Of a stretch of DNA of 20,009 nucleotides, positions 1-6,955 are shown one piece after another. A program made the translations under genes and the position numbers. Numbering within the stretch: the stretch's first letter is position 1; every line of letters begins with the position of its first letter. The stretch covers positions 1-20,009 of the forward strand of contig CAZJBP010000027.1 in the NCBI GenBank assembly GCA_964544115.1, in the 5' to 3' direction. Source of the stretch: an uncultured Victivallales bacterium (lineage in GTDB: Bacteria; Verrucomicrobiota; Kiritimatiellia; UBA8416; JADHWI01). Under the pieces are notes generated by a model, which saw only the letters and a program-made list of their open reading frames with translations, was not told the DNA's origin and made no database searches.

Positions 1-816
1 CACGTGATACATGCCGGCGCCGCCGCGCAGCAGCTCGGTCGTGCAGCTGCGGCGGAAGGTGTGGGGCGTGACGTTGACCGGGGCCCCGGAGCGCCGGGCG
101 GCCGCATGCACCATGCGCCGCAGGGTGTGGTACGGCATGCGCTTGCCCCCATCGTCGAGGAACAGCGCCTTCTGCTGAGGGTCGCCGGCCAGGAACGGCC
201 GCACGCCCTTGACGTAGTTCTCCAGCAGCCCCAGGGCCGTGCGGCCGATGGGCACCACGCGCTCCTTCTGCCCCTTGCCGGTGACCCGCGCGGTCCCGCC
301 GCCGAAGTCCACGTCCCCGACGTCCAGCCCCAGCAGCTCCGCCGCCCGGATGCCGCTGCTGTAGAGCAGCTCCAGCATTGCCCGGTTGCAGTAGCCCACG
401 GGCGTGTCCGTGGCCACGGCCTCCAGCATCCGCCGGGCCTGCGCGTGACTGAGCACGCTGCCTGGCAGCACCTTCGGCTCCTTGACGTACTCGACGGCCT
501 CCTCCAGGTGCCCCCCGGCGTAGCCCTTGACGCCCATGAACCGCAACAGGTTCTTCAGCGTCTCGACGCGCTTGTTGACGCTGCGGGGCTTCAAGGGGTG
601 GCCCTTGAACGTCTCCGCGGCCACGTGCTTCTGCCATGCCTCCAGGTGTGCGCGGCGCAGCCGGTCGGCGGTTTTGACCGCGTGCGCCTGCTCCAGCCAC
701 CGCAGGAACAGCCCGATGCCGTAGCGGTTCTGCAGCACCGTGCACCGGCTGAACCGCCGCGCCTTGAGCTGCTCCAGGTACTCGACCAGGATCTCTTGCA
801 GCGTCGCGCCGTTCAT
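1..816 (-). CDS. Tyrosine recombinase (XerC/XerD-like phage-integrase family). It is 3'-truncated by the window edge, with 272 codons visible. Not in the ORF track because no stop lies in the window.
   Basis: My own reverse-strand translation from the ATG at 816 gives MNGATLQEILVEYLEQLKARRFSRCTVLQNRYGIGLFLRWLEQAH ... GYCNRAMLELLYSSGIRAAELLGLDVGDVDF ... VTGKGQKERVVPIG ... HTFRRSCTTELLRGGAGMYHV. There are no stops through position 1. It has a SAM-like N-domain and the catalytic R..H..R region typical of the family. Its ATG overlaps the stop of the upstream recombinase (ATGA, 813-816). Confidence 0.85.
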   Translation of the reverse strand, partial: MNGATLQEILVEYLEQLKARRFSRCTVLQNRYGIGLFLRWLEQAHAVKTADRLRRAHLEAWQKHVAAETFKGHPLKPRSVNKRVETLKNLLRFMGVKGYAGGHLEEAVEYVKEPKVLPGSVLSHAQARRMLEAVATDTPVGYCNRAMLELLYSSGIRAAELLGLDVGDVDFGGGTARVTGKGQKERVVPIGRTALGLLENYVKGVRPFLAGDPQQKALFLDDGGKRMPYHTLRRMVHAAARRSGAPVNVTPHTFRRSCTTELLRGGAGMYHV

Positions 817-1727
817 TGCCCCAGCCGGCTCCTTTCGTGCATCGCCTTCAGGTCCAGGAACCGCACCCGCAGGTACTGGCTGAGGTGCGAGAGGCCGGCA
901 TGGCCCAGCAGCATCTGGAGCTGCACGGGGTGGGCCCCCCGGGCCAGCATGTGCGTGGCGCACGCCCGGCGCAGGCCGTGCGGGGTGATCTTGGTCGCCG
1001 TCCCCGCTTTGCGCGCGCATTGCCGGATGGACAGGCCGATCGCAGGGCCGCCCATCGGTGCGCCCAGCGTTCCAACCCACAGGGCGTCGCTCCCGACCGC
1101 CGCGGTCTTCGTCCGCACCTCGTCAAGGTACCGCCTCAGCCATTCGATCGCCTCCCTGCCCAGCGGCACCACCCGCTCCTTGCTGCCCTTGCCCATGATC
1201 CGGATCGTGCCGGCGGACAGGTCCAGGCCCCTCAGCCTCATGCGGGAGATTTCCTCCAGCCGCGCCCCCGTGCTGTAGGCCGCCTCCAGGATCGCGCGGG
1301 TGCGCAGGCCCAGGGCGGTCGCCACGTCGGGCACGGCCAGCAGGGCTGCCACCTCCGCCTCCGTCGGCACGGGCACGTATGTGCGGGCCCGCCGCAGCGG
1401 CCCCGTTCCCGCGAACGGGTTCTCGAACACCCGCTGTCGGCGCTCAAGGTCGTCGAAGAACCGCTTCACAGCCCGGCAATACGTCTCCTCCCCGGCCGGG
1501 GAGAACTCTCGGGACTGCAGGTGCCGGCGGTAGCCCTCGACGATCTCCGAGGTGACGTCCTGGGCGGCGCGGATGCCCCGCGCGGAGAGGAACGCGGCAA
1601 AGTCGCGCAGGGCCTGCCGGTAGATCTCGATGGTGCGCGGGCTGTATTTGCGCGCCTGCGCCGCCTCCAGGAACTCCTCGGCCAGTATGTCTATGCCGCT
1701 ACGGTTACGACTGCGGGTTGCGTCCAT
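813..1727 (-). CDS. Tyrosine recombinase (XerC/XerD-like), about 304 aa. The ORF track extends it to a TTG at 1781, but the ATG at 1727 with a strong SD is preferred.
   Basis: The translation has the IEIYRQALRDFAAFL core-binding-like N-domain, then ARLEEISRMRLRGLDL, IMGKGSKERVVPLG, HGLRRACATHMLARGAHPVQLQMLLGHAGLSHLSQYL with the catalytic Tyr. GGGGAGGG lies 8 nt upstream of the ATG at 1727 on the minus strand. The stop overlaps the next recombinase start by ATGA. Confidence 0.85.
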   Translation of the reverse strand: MDATRSRNRSGIDILAEEFLEAAQARKYSPRTIEIYRQALRDFAAFLSARGIRAAQDVTSEIVEGYRRHLQSREFSPAGEETYCRAVKRFFDDLERRQRVFENPFAGTGPLRRARTYVPVPTEAEVAALLAVPDVATALGLRTRAILEAAYSTGARLEEISRMRLRGLDLSAGTIRIMGKGSKERVVPLGREAIEWLRRYLDEVRTKTAAVGSDALWVGTLGAPMGGPAIGLSIRQCARKAGTATKITPHGLRRACATHMLARGAHPVQLQMLLGHAGLSHLSQYLRVRFLDLKAMHERSRLGQ

Positions 1728-1804
1728 TCTCTTGCCCTCCCCATGAAACGGCATGGTTCTTCGCAAGTCCGCCGCGGGCAACGGGAAGCGGGCGCGCGGC
1801 GTGC

Positions 1805-1844
1805 GATAAGGTGCCGATAAGGTGGTGATAAGGTGTGATAAGGT
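1805..1844. repeat. Four direct repeats of GATAAGGT (ACCTTATC on the minus strand) starting at 1805, 1816, 1827 and 1837, with 11/11/10-bp phasing. They are iteron-like.
   Basis: Read directly: gcGATAAGGTgccGATAAGGTggtGATAAGGTgtGATAAGGTtca. The last unit abuts the TGA stop (1845-1847) of the 759-aa gene. The array lies 78-117 bp upstream of the recombinase ATG at 1727. Confidence 0.8.
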
Positions 1845-4124
1845 TCATGGGCGGGCTCCATCGACGGGTGGGGCGGCCAGGCGGTACACGTAACGCACCC
1901 CGTTGCGGCCGCGCATGGCCACGACGTACTCGAAGTCCACCAGTTGGCCAAGGTAGCGCTGCACCCGTGCATGCGCCCAGCCGGTGTACTCGCGGATATC
2001 CCTGCGGGTGAACTCGACCTCGCCGGCATCGCCCGGTTGTTCCCCCGCCCGCATGGCCACCATCCGCTCGATCTGCGCCAGCAGCGCCCGGCTCACCCCG
2101 TTGAGGTCGTCGGGGTTGCGGCCGCAGGCCTCGGCCAGCAGCCGGCCGGCGACCTGGATGTCGTCGTCCGTCGCCTCGACGTAGGGCGCCCCGTCCCCGC
2201 CGGCCACCGCCCTGGCCTCCCGCCCCATCTGCCGCAGGAAGGTCACGGCCCGGATCAGGTTCAGGTACTTGGGGTGGTCGCGGCGGCTCTGCAGGCGGTC
2301 GTCGCCGTACTGAAGCCCCTGCGCCTGGGGGATGACCACCAGCATCGGCTTCAGCAGCCGCTGGAAGTTGCGGTGCCGGCGCAACACCGCCTCGACCGAG
2401 TCGCGGGCCGCCATCGCCTGCAGGGTCGGACTCTTGCGCTGCACGTCCAGGATGGCCCGGGTCTGCTCGCGGCTCTCGTCCACCGTCAGCACGACGAAGC
2501 GGCTGCGCGTCTCCGGGTCGATGTCCGGGTCGGTGGTCGTGATGAACACCGCCGTCGGCCCCTCCACGCGGTTCTCCACGGTGACGATACGCCCGGTGGC
2601 GAAGTCCTTGACCGCAGCCTCGACCACCAGCACCTTGGCGGAGACGAGGTTGCGGATGGCGTAGACGGCGTCCCGGGCGCCAGCGCCCTCCTCCACGGCG
2701 AGGATCCTGTGCTTGAGGCTGGTGCGGCCCTTATAGAACAGGGCCCTGCCCGTGAGGGCCGTGACCTTGACCACGTCCTCCGGCGGCGCGAACGCCAGGG
2801 TGGCATCCTGCAGCGCGCTCTTGCCCGCCCCGGAACTGGAGAGCACCAGCACGCTGAGCGGGTCATCGAGCTTGCGGCTGACGGCGGCCAGGTAGCTGAC
2901 GAGCTTGTTGGCCCGCTCGCCGACCAGGCCGCAGGCCTCGTAGTCCGCGGCGATGCGCTCCAGCAGGTCCTCGGACCTGCCGAAGGCCTCGGCATCGGCC
3001 CGCTCCTCGATCGAGAGGACCACGGCGGGCGCTCTCTCGCCCGGCTCCCCCGGCCGGTATTGCTCGCAGGCCGCCACGATCCGCCCGACGTCGGCCTCGA
3101 TGATGTCGGCGGACTCCTCGAAGAGCCGGCAGAGGTCCTGGGCCAGCAGCTTGCGCGCCCGGGCGTTGTACAGGTCCAGGGTGTCAACGTGCAGCCGCCC
3201 CCGGAACTCCGCCCGCACCGTGGCCCGCAGCCGCCGGACGGTGCGCTCGATGCCCCGCAGCGCATAGGCGCGGTTGCCGAAGGCCAGGGCGATGCCCTCC
3301 GCGCTCACGGCCGTCCTGCCGACTTCCGCCGCCGAAGCGGGCTGCTCGACCGGGGCGGCCTTGAGCCGGGCATCCACGAACTCGACCAGCCGGGCGTCGC
3401 CGTCCCTGAGGAGCCGGGCGTTGAGGGAGTCGCCCGCGCCCAGCGTGACAGCCACCAATTCGAGCGCGGCCAGTCTCGGGCGCAGCCGGCGGATGACCTC
3501 GGACTCGGCCAGCACCGCCACCCGCCTCACACCCAGGGCCTTCAGGCGGGCCGCGTCCTCTTCGGACAACCGTCCGGTGGCCAGGCCCACGACGTTGGGG
3601 AAGCCGGCCCGCGTCAGGCTCAGGGCGTCGAGGATGCCCGCGCAGAGGATGACCTCGGGATAGAGCTTGGCGGCCTTGAGGTTCCACAGCGCCGAGGCGT
3701 CCGGCGGGACGACGGTCGTCTGCCGGTCGCCGCGCAGGCTGACGCCCCAGAGGGCCAGCACCCCGCCGTCCTCGTCGGCCAGGGGCACGACCAGGTGGTC
3801 GAGCAACCGCTCGCTGGGCCGCTCACCGCGAGCGTCAATCAGCCCCAGGGCGGCCAGCGCCTCTCGCCGGGGGTCGGCTGAAGGCATGACTTTCAGCAGC
3901 CGCCCGTCGCAGTGGCCGAGGCGGAAGCCTGCGATCAGATGGCGGTCCTCCAGGCCCAGCTCGCTCAGGCGCCTGAGGCCCCGGCGCCCCCGCAGGAGCG
4001 CCTTGTGGTAGAAGTCCGCGACCTTCTCCAGTAGGGCGGCGCCTGACAGGGCGGCGGCGCCTCCCCCTTCGCGGCCCTCCTCCGCTCCTTCGATCCTCTG
4101 CCCCGGGGCTTCTTCCTGCTGCAT
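1845..4124 (-). CDS. Replication-initiator-like protein, 759 aa. It has a DnaG-like primase core with a divergent Toprim-like segment, a Walker-A P-loop NTPase and a C-terminal wHTH. The overall architecture is P4-alpha-like.
   Basis: The ATG at 4124 has GGGAGGG 6 nt upstream. The DnaG-like motifs are LEKVADFYHKALLRGRRGLRRLSELGLEDRHLIAGFRLG (aa 31-70, about 3915-4034) and a Toprim-like segment EVILCAGILDALSLTRAGFPNVVGLATG...VAVLAESE (aa 157-210, about 3495-3656). In that segment the expected Glu is Ala and DxD reads ExE. The Walker A motif SSSGAGKS is at aa 429-436 (2817-2840), verified on the DNA. The C-terminal REYTGWAHARVQRYLGQLVDFEYVV is HTH-like. Confidence 0.75.
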   Translation of the reverse strand: MQQEEAPGQRIEGAEEGREGGGAAALSGAALLEKVADFYHKALLRGRRGLRRLSELGLEDRHLIAGFRLGHCDGRLLKVMPSADPRREALAALGLIDARGERPSERLLDHLVVPLADEDGGVLALWGVSLRGDRQTTVVPPDASALWNLKAAKLYPEVILCAGILDALSLTRAGFPNVVGLATGRLSEEDAARLKALGVRRVAVLAESEVIRRLRPRLAALELVAVTLGAGDSLNARLLRDGDARLVEFVDARLKAAPVEQPASAAEVGRTAVSAEGIALAFGNRAYALRGIERTVRRLRATVRAEFRGRLHVDTLDLYNARARKLLAQDLCRLFEESADIIEADVGRIVAACEQYRPGEPGERAPAVVLSIEERADAEAFGRSEDLLERIAADYEACGLVGERANKLVSYLAAVSRKLDDPLSVLVLSSSGAGKSALQDATLAFAPPEDVVKVTALTGRALFYKGRTSLKHRILAVEEGAGARDAVYAIRNLVSAKVLVVEAAVKDFATGRIVTVENRVEGPTAVFITTTDPDIDPETRSRFVVLTVDESREQTRAILDVQRKSPTLQAMAARDSVEAVLRRHRNFQRLLKPMLVVIPQAQGLQYGDDRLQSRRDHPKYLNLIRAVTFLRQMGREARAVAGGDGAPYVEATDDDIQVAGRLLAEACGRNPDDLNGVSRALLAQIERMVAMRAGEQPGDAGEVEFTRRDIREYTGWAHARVQRYLGQLVDFEYVVAMRGRNGVRYVYRLAAPPVDGARP

Positions 4125-4609
4125 GGTCCGCCCTCCCGTGCGGCCAGCTCACACTGCCGGCAACGAGGCGAACGGTAGCAGGGGCAGGGGGCGCTTCCGA
4201 ACGAGATACGTAACGCAGCGATCAACTCCTTCACAACGCAGGGCTTTCCAGGCCGTTGCACCAGGTCGAGGATACGTAACGCACCGCTCTTGAAATGGCT
4301 CACCTTGACCCCGAAGCCGGTCTTCCTGAGGGCCGCCAGTGGCACTAGGAAGTCGAACACCATCCAGCGGCGCCGCCCCTTGCGCCAGTAGCCCGGGTGG
4401 TTCTGGCGCCACACCCGCACCCGCGCGACGTCGTCCGAATGGGCGAGGTGGTTGTTGCGCCGCCATTTGCGCGAGGTGCGCCGGCGCCGGGCCTTCTGGC
4501 AGTCCGGGTCGCCGCAGAAGCGCTGGCGCCCCGCCGAGCGCGGGTCAGGCTCGTACCACTCGCCGCAATGCCGGCACCGCCGCCGGCGGCATCGTCGCCT
4601 CGCGCTCAT
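3965..4609 (-). CDS. Arg-rich zinc-ribbon ORF (CRHC...CGDPDC). Its true 3' end is unclear: the frame stays open 160 bp into the 759-aa gene in a different frame.
   Basis: The N-terminal 120 aa look protein-like: MSARRRCRRRRCRHCGEWYEPDPRSAGRQRFCGDPDCQKARRRR...WMVFDFLVPLAALRKTGFGVKVSHFKSGALRILDLVQ. Downstream of about 4290 the same frame becomes R/P-rich and crosses the direct repeats and the SD/ATG of the next gene. The track shows no stop before 3965. Confidence 0.3.
   Translation of the reverse strand: MSARRRCRRRRCRHCGEWYEPDPRSAGRQRFCGDPDCQKARRRRTSRKWRRNNHLAHSDDVARVRVWRQNHPGYWRKGRRRWMVFDFLVPLAALRKTGFGVKVSHFKSGALRILDLVQRPGKPCVVKELIAALRISFGSAPCPCYRSPRCRQCELAAREGGPCSRKKPRGRGSKERRRAAKGEAPPPCQAPPYWRRSRTSTTRRSCGGAGASGA
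4205..4283. repeat. Two 13-bp direct repeats GATACGTAACGCA at 4205-4217 and 4271-4283 (each contains a TACGTA palindrome). They lie in the leader of the 759-aa gene. A related ACGTAACGCACC occurs at 1888-1899 inside the 3' codons of that gene.
   Basis: Read directly from the sequence. The centre-to-centre spacing of the two copies is 66 bp. Both lie 80-160 bp upstream of the ATG at 4124 (minus strand). Confidence 0.7.
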
Positions 4610-4828
4610 CGGCCGCCCTCCCGTCTTGCGGACCGAGCTTACCGGGCCGGCCGACCAGGCGGCAAGGAGAAGAGGGGTGGACAGGGGGGCGGGCGTAGGG
4701 CGTTAAACGGAAGGTGCCTGCGAAGACAATCCGCGTTGGGCTGCCGTCATGGGGTAGAGGCATGAGAAACCGGCCCGCAACAAGTCAACGTCCGAATCCT
4801 TCTTGCGATCTTGTCCGCCAAGACTACC

Positions 4829-4842
4829 TGACGGACGTCAGA
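4829..4842. promoter_or_regulatory. Near-perfect 14-bp palindrome CTGACG-GA-CGTCAG in the leader of the orphan 382-aa gene. It is a candidate operator.
   Basis: The 6-bp arms are perfectly complementary with a 2-nt centre. The site is 215 bp upstream of the ATG at 5058. A TATAAG -10-like hexamer lies at 4941-4946. Confidence 0.35.
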
Positions 4843-5057
4843 TTGCATGCCGGAGACAGGCGCCTTGCCGGAGACCCAAGATGGCTGGCGCAGGATACTT
4901 GACCGTGTTCGCGGATGGCATGATGGTCGGAAAACTGGTATAAGCCCTACAGTGAGAGGCCCGCACTTCAGCCGGGTTAGGGTAGCTCTTGAAGCGAGGT
5001 GGTTCCATCGACTGCCCCGCGTCTCACAATCAACCTGACGCAGAGAGGAAAGCTGTG

Positions 5058-6206
5058 ATGGCGAACACGCAAGAAGTGCCGGAATGGGTCTACGATGCCG
5101 TTGTCGAATTCAACCGCTTGGCCAAAGGGCGGGAGTCCGAGATAGGCTATATGATCAGCCGGTGGCTGGCCAGTGTGGGGGATCAACTGGCGGCCATGAA
5201 GGCGGTTCTGCCGGGGGAGCGTGGGGAGACATGGTTTGTCCGCAACGAGCGACGGAAGTTCGTGACACAATGGGAGATCGAGCACCCGATTCCTGAAGAC
5301 GTGGTAGTATGCCGCGCGGTCGCACGTCTTGTGGCGGCCACAAATGCCGTGATGTCCAAGATGCCGGTAGAGCGTGCCGAGGAACTGGGGTGGAAATGCG
5401 TGGATCCACGCCTGCAGACACTTGCCGAGAAAGTAGCGTGGGAGCTGCTGTTCCCATCCTCCCCGGAGGAATGGCCGACATGGAAGCTGGACGTTGAGGC
5501 GTCGCTGGCGTTGGTAAGGTGCAAGTGGGGCATCCCGCCGCCTGCGGACGGTCCTGCTGGCGCAGATGCCGTCCAAATCCTGGCCAAACTGGCCGAGGTC
5601 CATGCTTCCGTGCTCGAGAACAAGGAGATCACAGAACGGTTGCCGGGCGCGATTGCCATTGTCGACAACGACGTCAAGTCCATGCAACCGCATGTTCGCG
5701 GCGTCCCCCAGGTCTTGGAGGACCTTGAGCAGGCAAAACGTGTCCCCGAGGATGCCACACGCGAATTGTTCACCAGGATTCAGAACGTCCTCACGCTCGA
5801 AGATCAACGAATCTGGGCCGCCGTCCGCAATGCGGGCACCCAGAAGGCCGCCATCGCCCTCCTTCGGCAGGACAATGTCGTCCTGAGCGAGGCCACCCTC
5901 AGCCGGCGCGTCAAAGTGATAGACGAGAAACTGAAGAAGCACGGTCTGTCGCCATGCAAAGCATCTGGCCCACTTAGCCGGTTCACCAAGAGGGGCGGTT
6001 ACGAGAATGAAGAGGGGGAGATGGTGCCCGAGGAGTTTTCTCCTGTTGATAGTGATTGGACCAAGGACGCCACAGACCGCGACAGAACGATTCAGAGCTA
6101 CCTGACCGCTCGCCCAGAAGACAAGGAGCGCTTTCGCGAGACTTACTTCGGCATCGAAGATGAGGCTAAGCAATACGTCGAACGGCACCCGATGAAATCC
6201 GACTGA
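5058..6206 (+). CDS. Hypothetical protein, 382 aa. I recognise no domain; the C-terminal third has an HTH-like stretch (AGTQKAAIALLRQDNVVLSEATLSRRVKVI). GC is low at about 50-55%.
   Basis: The ATG at 5058 follows GAGAGGAAAG (5043-5052). An intrinsic terminator follows on the same strand. The track's longer 4989 start lacks an SD. The antisense 523-aa ORF (4977-6548) is rejected because it overlaps the clear XRE gene. Confidence 0.7.
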   Translation: MANTQEVPEWVYDAVVEFNRLAKGRESEIGYMISRWLASVGDQLAAMKAVLPGERGETWFVRNERRKFVTQWEIEHPIPEDVVVCRAVARLVAATNAVMSKMPVERAEELGWKCVDPRLQTLAEKVAWELLFPSSPEEWPTWKLDVEASLALVRCKWGIPPPADGPAGADAVQILAKLAEVHASVLENKEITERLPGAIAIVDNDVKSMQPHVRGVPQVLEDLEQAKRVPEDATRELFTRIQNVLTLEDQRIWAAVRNAGTQKAAIALLRQDNVVLSEATLSRRVKVIDEKLKKHGLSPCKASGPLSRFTKRGGYENEEGEMVPEEFSPVDSDWTKDATDRDRTIQSYLTARPEDKERFRETYFGIEDEAKQYVERHPMKSD

Positions 6207-6232
6207 AATCTCTGAAATCTCTTTCCTTCCAA

Positions 6233-6266
6233 GGGGTTGCGAGCAATCGCAGCCCCTTTTTTGTTG
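6233..6266 (+). terminator. Rho-independent terminator. It has a 9-bp GC-rich stem GGGGUUGCG/CGCAGCCCC, a 6-nt loop, then UUUUUUGUUG.
   Basis: Read directly. It is preceded by the tandem 9-mer CTGAAATCT x2 (6203-6220) immediately after the TGA stop. Confidence 0.8.
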
Positions 6267-6294
6267 CCCTGTGAAATCCGTCGTTCGATCTGTA

Positions 6295-6315
6295 GTGGCG
6301 AGATGGTCTTGCCAC
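6295..6315. promoter_or_regulatory. Imperfect 9-3-9 palindrome GTGGCGAGA-TGG-TCTTGCCAC upstream of the XRE gene. It is a candidate autoregulatory operator.
   Basis: 8 of 9 arm positions are complementary. It lies 24-44 bp upstream of the XRE ATG at 6339. Confidence 0.4.
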
Positions 6316-6338
6316 GATAGCAAACAGGAGTTCGCCAC

Positions 6339-6533
6339 ATGGCAACGAACACGCGGATGAAGGCGGCGCGGGTGGGGAGGGGTCTGACCCAGCTCCAGCT
6401 CGCAGAAGAGGTCGGGTTGAAAGAAATCGACATATCGCGCTACGAAACGGGGCGGGCGCATCCGGGCCCGGACACGAAGCGGCGCATTGCAGAGGTCCTT
6501 CAGAAATCCACCTACGAAATCTTCGACTGCTGA
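6339..6533 (+). CDS. XRE-family (Cro/CI-type) helix-turn-helix transcriptional regulator, 64 aa.
   Basis: The protein is MATNTRMKAARVGRGLTQLQLAEEVGLKEIDISRYETGRAHPGPDTKRRIAEVL, which carries the canonical HTH_3 signature (LTQ..LA...G.....IS..E.G). AGGAG lies 8 nt upstream of the ATG. Confidence 0.9.
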   Translation: MATNTRMKAARVGRGLTQLQLAEEVGLKEIDISRYETGRAHPGPDTKRRIAEVLQKSTYEIFDC

Positions 6534-6546
6534 GGAGGAACTCCCC

Positions 6547-6867
6547 ATGACGACACAGACGAACCGGCAGCAGTGTGCGATGGCCCTCGATCCGACTGCG
6601 CTTCAGCAGGCCATCATCAACCGAGTGCTCACGGCGGACGTGGACGGGCTTGAGAGAATCCACGCTGCGTGCGTGGCCAAGCCCCGGCCGCGGCCGCAGC
6701 GTGTGGGCACAACGCGGGAAGCAGCGGCCATTCTGAACGCATGTCCGCGAACGATTCTGCGCTACGCACAGCGGGGCAAACTGACGCCCATTCGCCAGTC
6801 AGCACGCAGAATCAGGTGGGATCTCGACGCCGTGACGGCCCTGGCGACCGAGGGGGTGTCCGAGTGA
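6547..6867 (+). CDS. AlpA/Xis-like (MerR-superfamily HTH) small DNA-binding protein, 106 aa. It is a likely excisionase or transcriptional activator of the element.
   Basis: The ATG at 6547 follows GAGGAGG. The C-terminal TREAAAILNACPRTILRYAQRGKLTPIRQSARRIRWDLDAV matches the AlpA/excisionase HTH pattern (TILR....G.lP.....R...W....V). The track's longer start at 6487 overlaps the XRE gene and has no SD. Confidence 0.7.
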   Translation: MTTQTNRQQCAMALDPTALQQAIINRVLTADVDGLERIHAACVAKPRPRPQRVGTTREAAAILNACPRTILRYAQRGKLTPIRQSARRIRWDLDAVTALATEGVSE

Positions 6868-6955
6868 AAGACCGTCGAAAAGCAACGGCCAAAAGGGTGG
6901 CAACCCTTCAGGCCGAAGTGTCAAAGACGTCCCTGGTTAATGGAGGTATCTGACT

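Noticed and set aside
4-1820. Long + strand ORFs 4..1278 (424 aa) and 816..1820 (334 aa).
   Set aside because: They are antisense to the two recombinase genes. Their products are R/A/P/G-rich low-complexity with no motifs, as expected from high-GC antisense frames. The minus-strand products have clear tyrosine-recombinase signatures.
1805-1844. CRISPR array.
   Set aside because: The four repeats are 8 bp units with 2-3 bp spacers. That is far too short, and no cas genes are present. They are iteron-like instead.
1944-3881. 645-aa + strand ORF and several 100-260-aa ORFs on both strands inside 1845-4124.
   Set aside because: They are antisense or out of frame relative to the 759-aa gene, which has an SD, DnaG-like motifs and a Walker A. 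Their sequences are G/R/P-rich and junk-like.
4977-6548. 523-aa minus-strand ORF.
   Set aside because: It overlaps both the 382-aa gene and the unmistakable XRE HTH gene on the + strand. The terminator at 6233-6266 is + oriented (a U-tract follows only on +). There is no SD.
6864-6953. 29-codon GTG-initiated mini-ORF (VKDRRKATAKRVATLQAEVSKTSLVNGGI) overlapping the AlpA-like stop.
   Set aside because: It has no SD and is too short to support. It may simply be the intergenic spacer before the 6956 gene.
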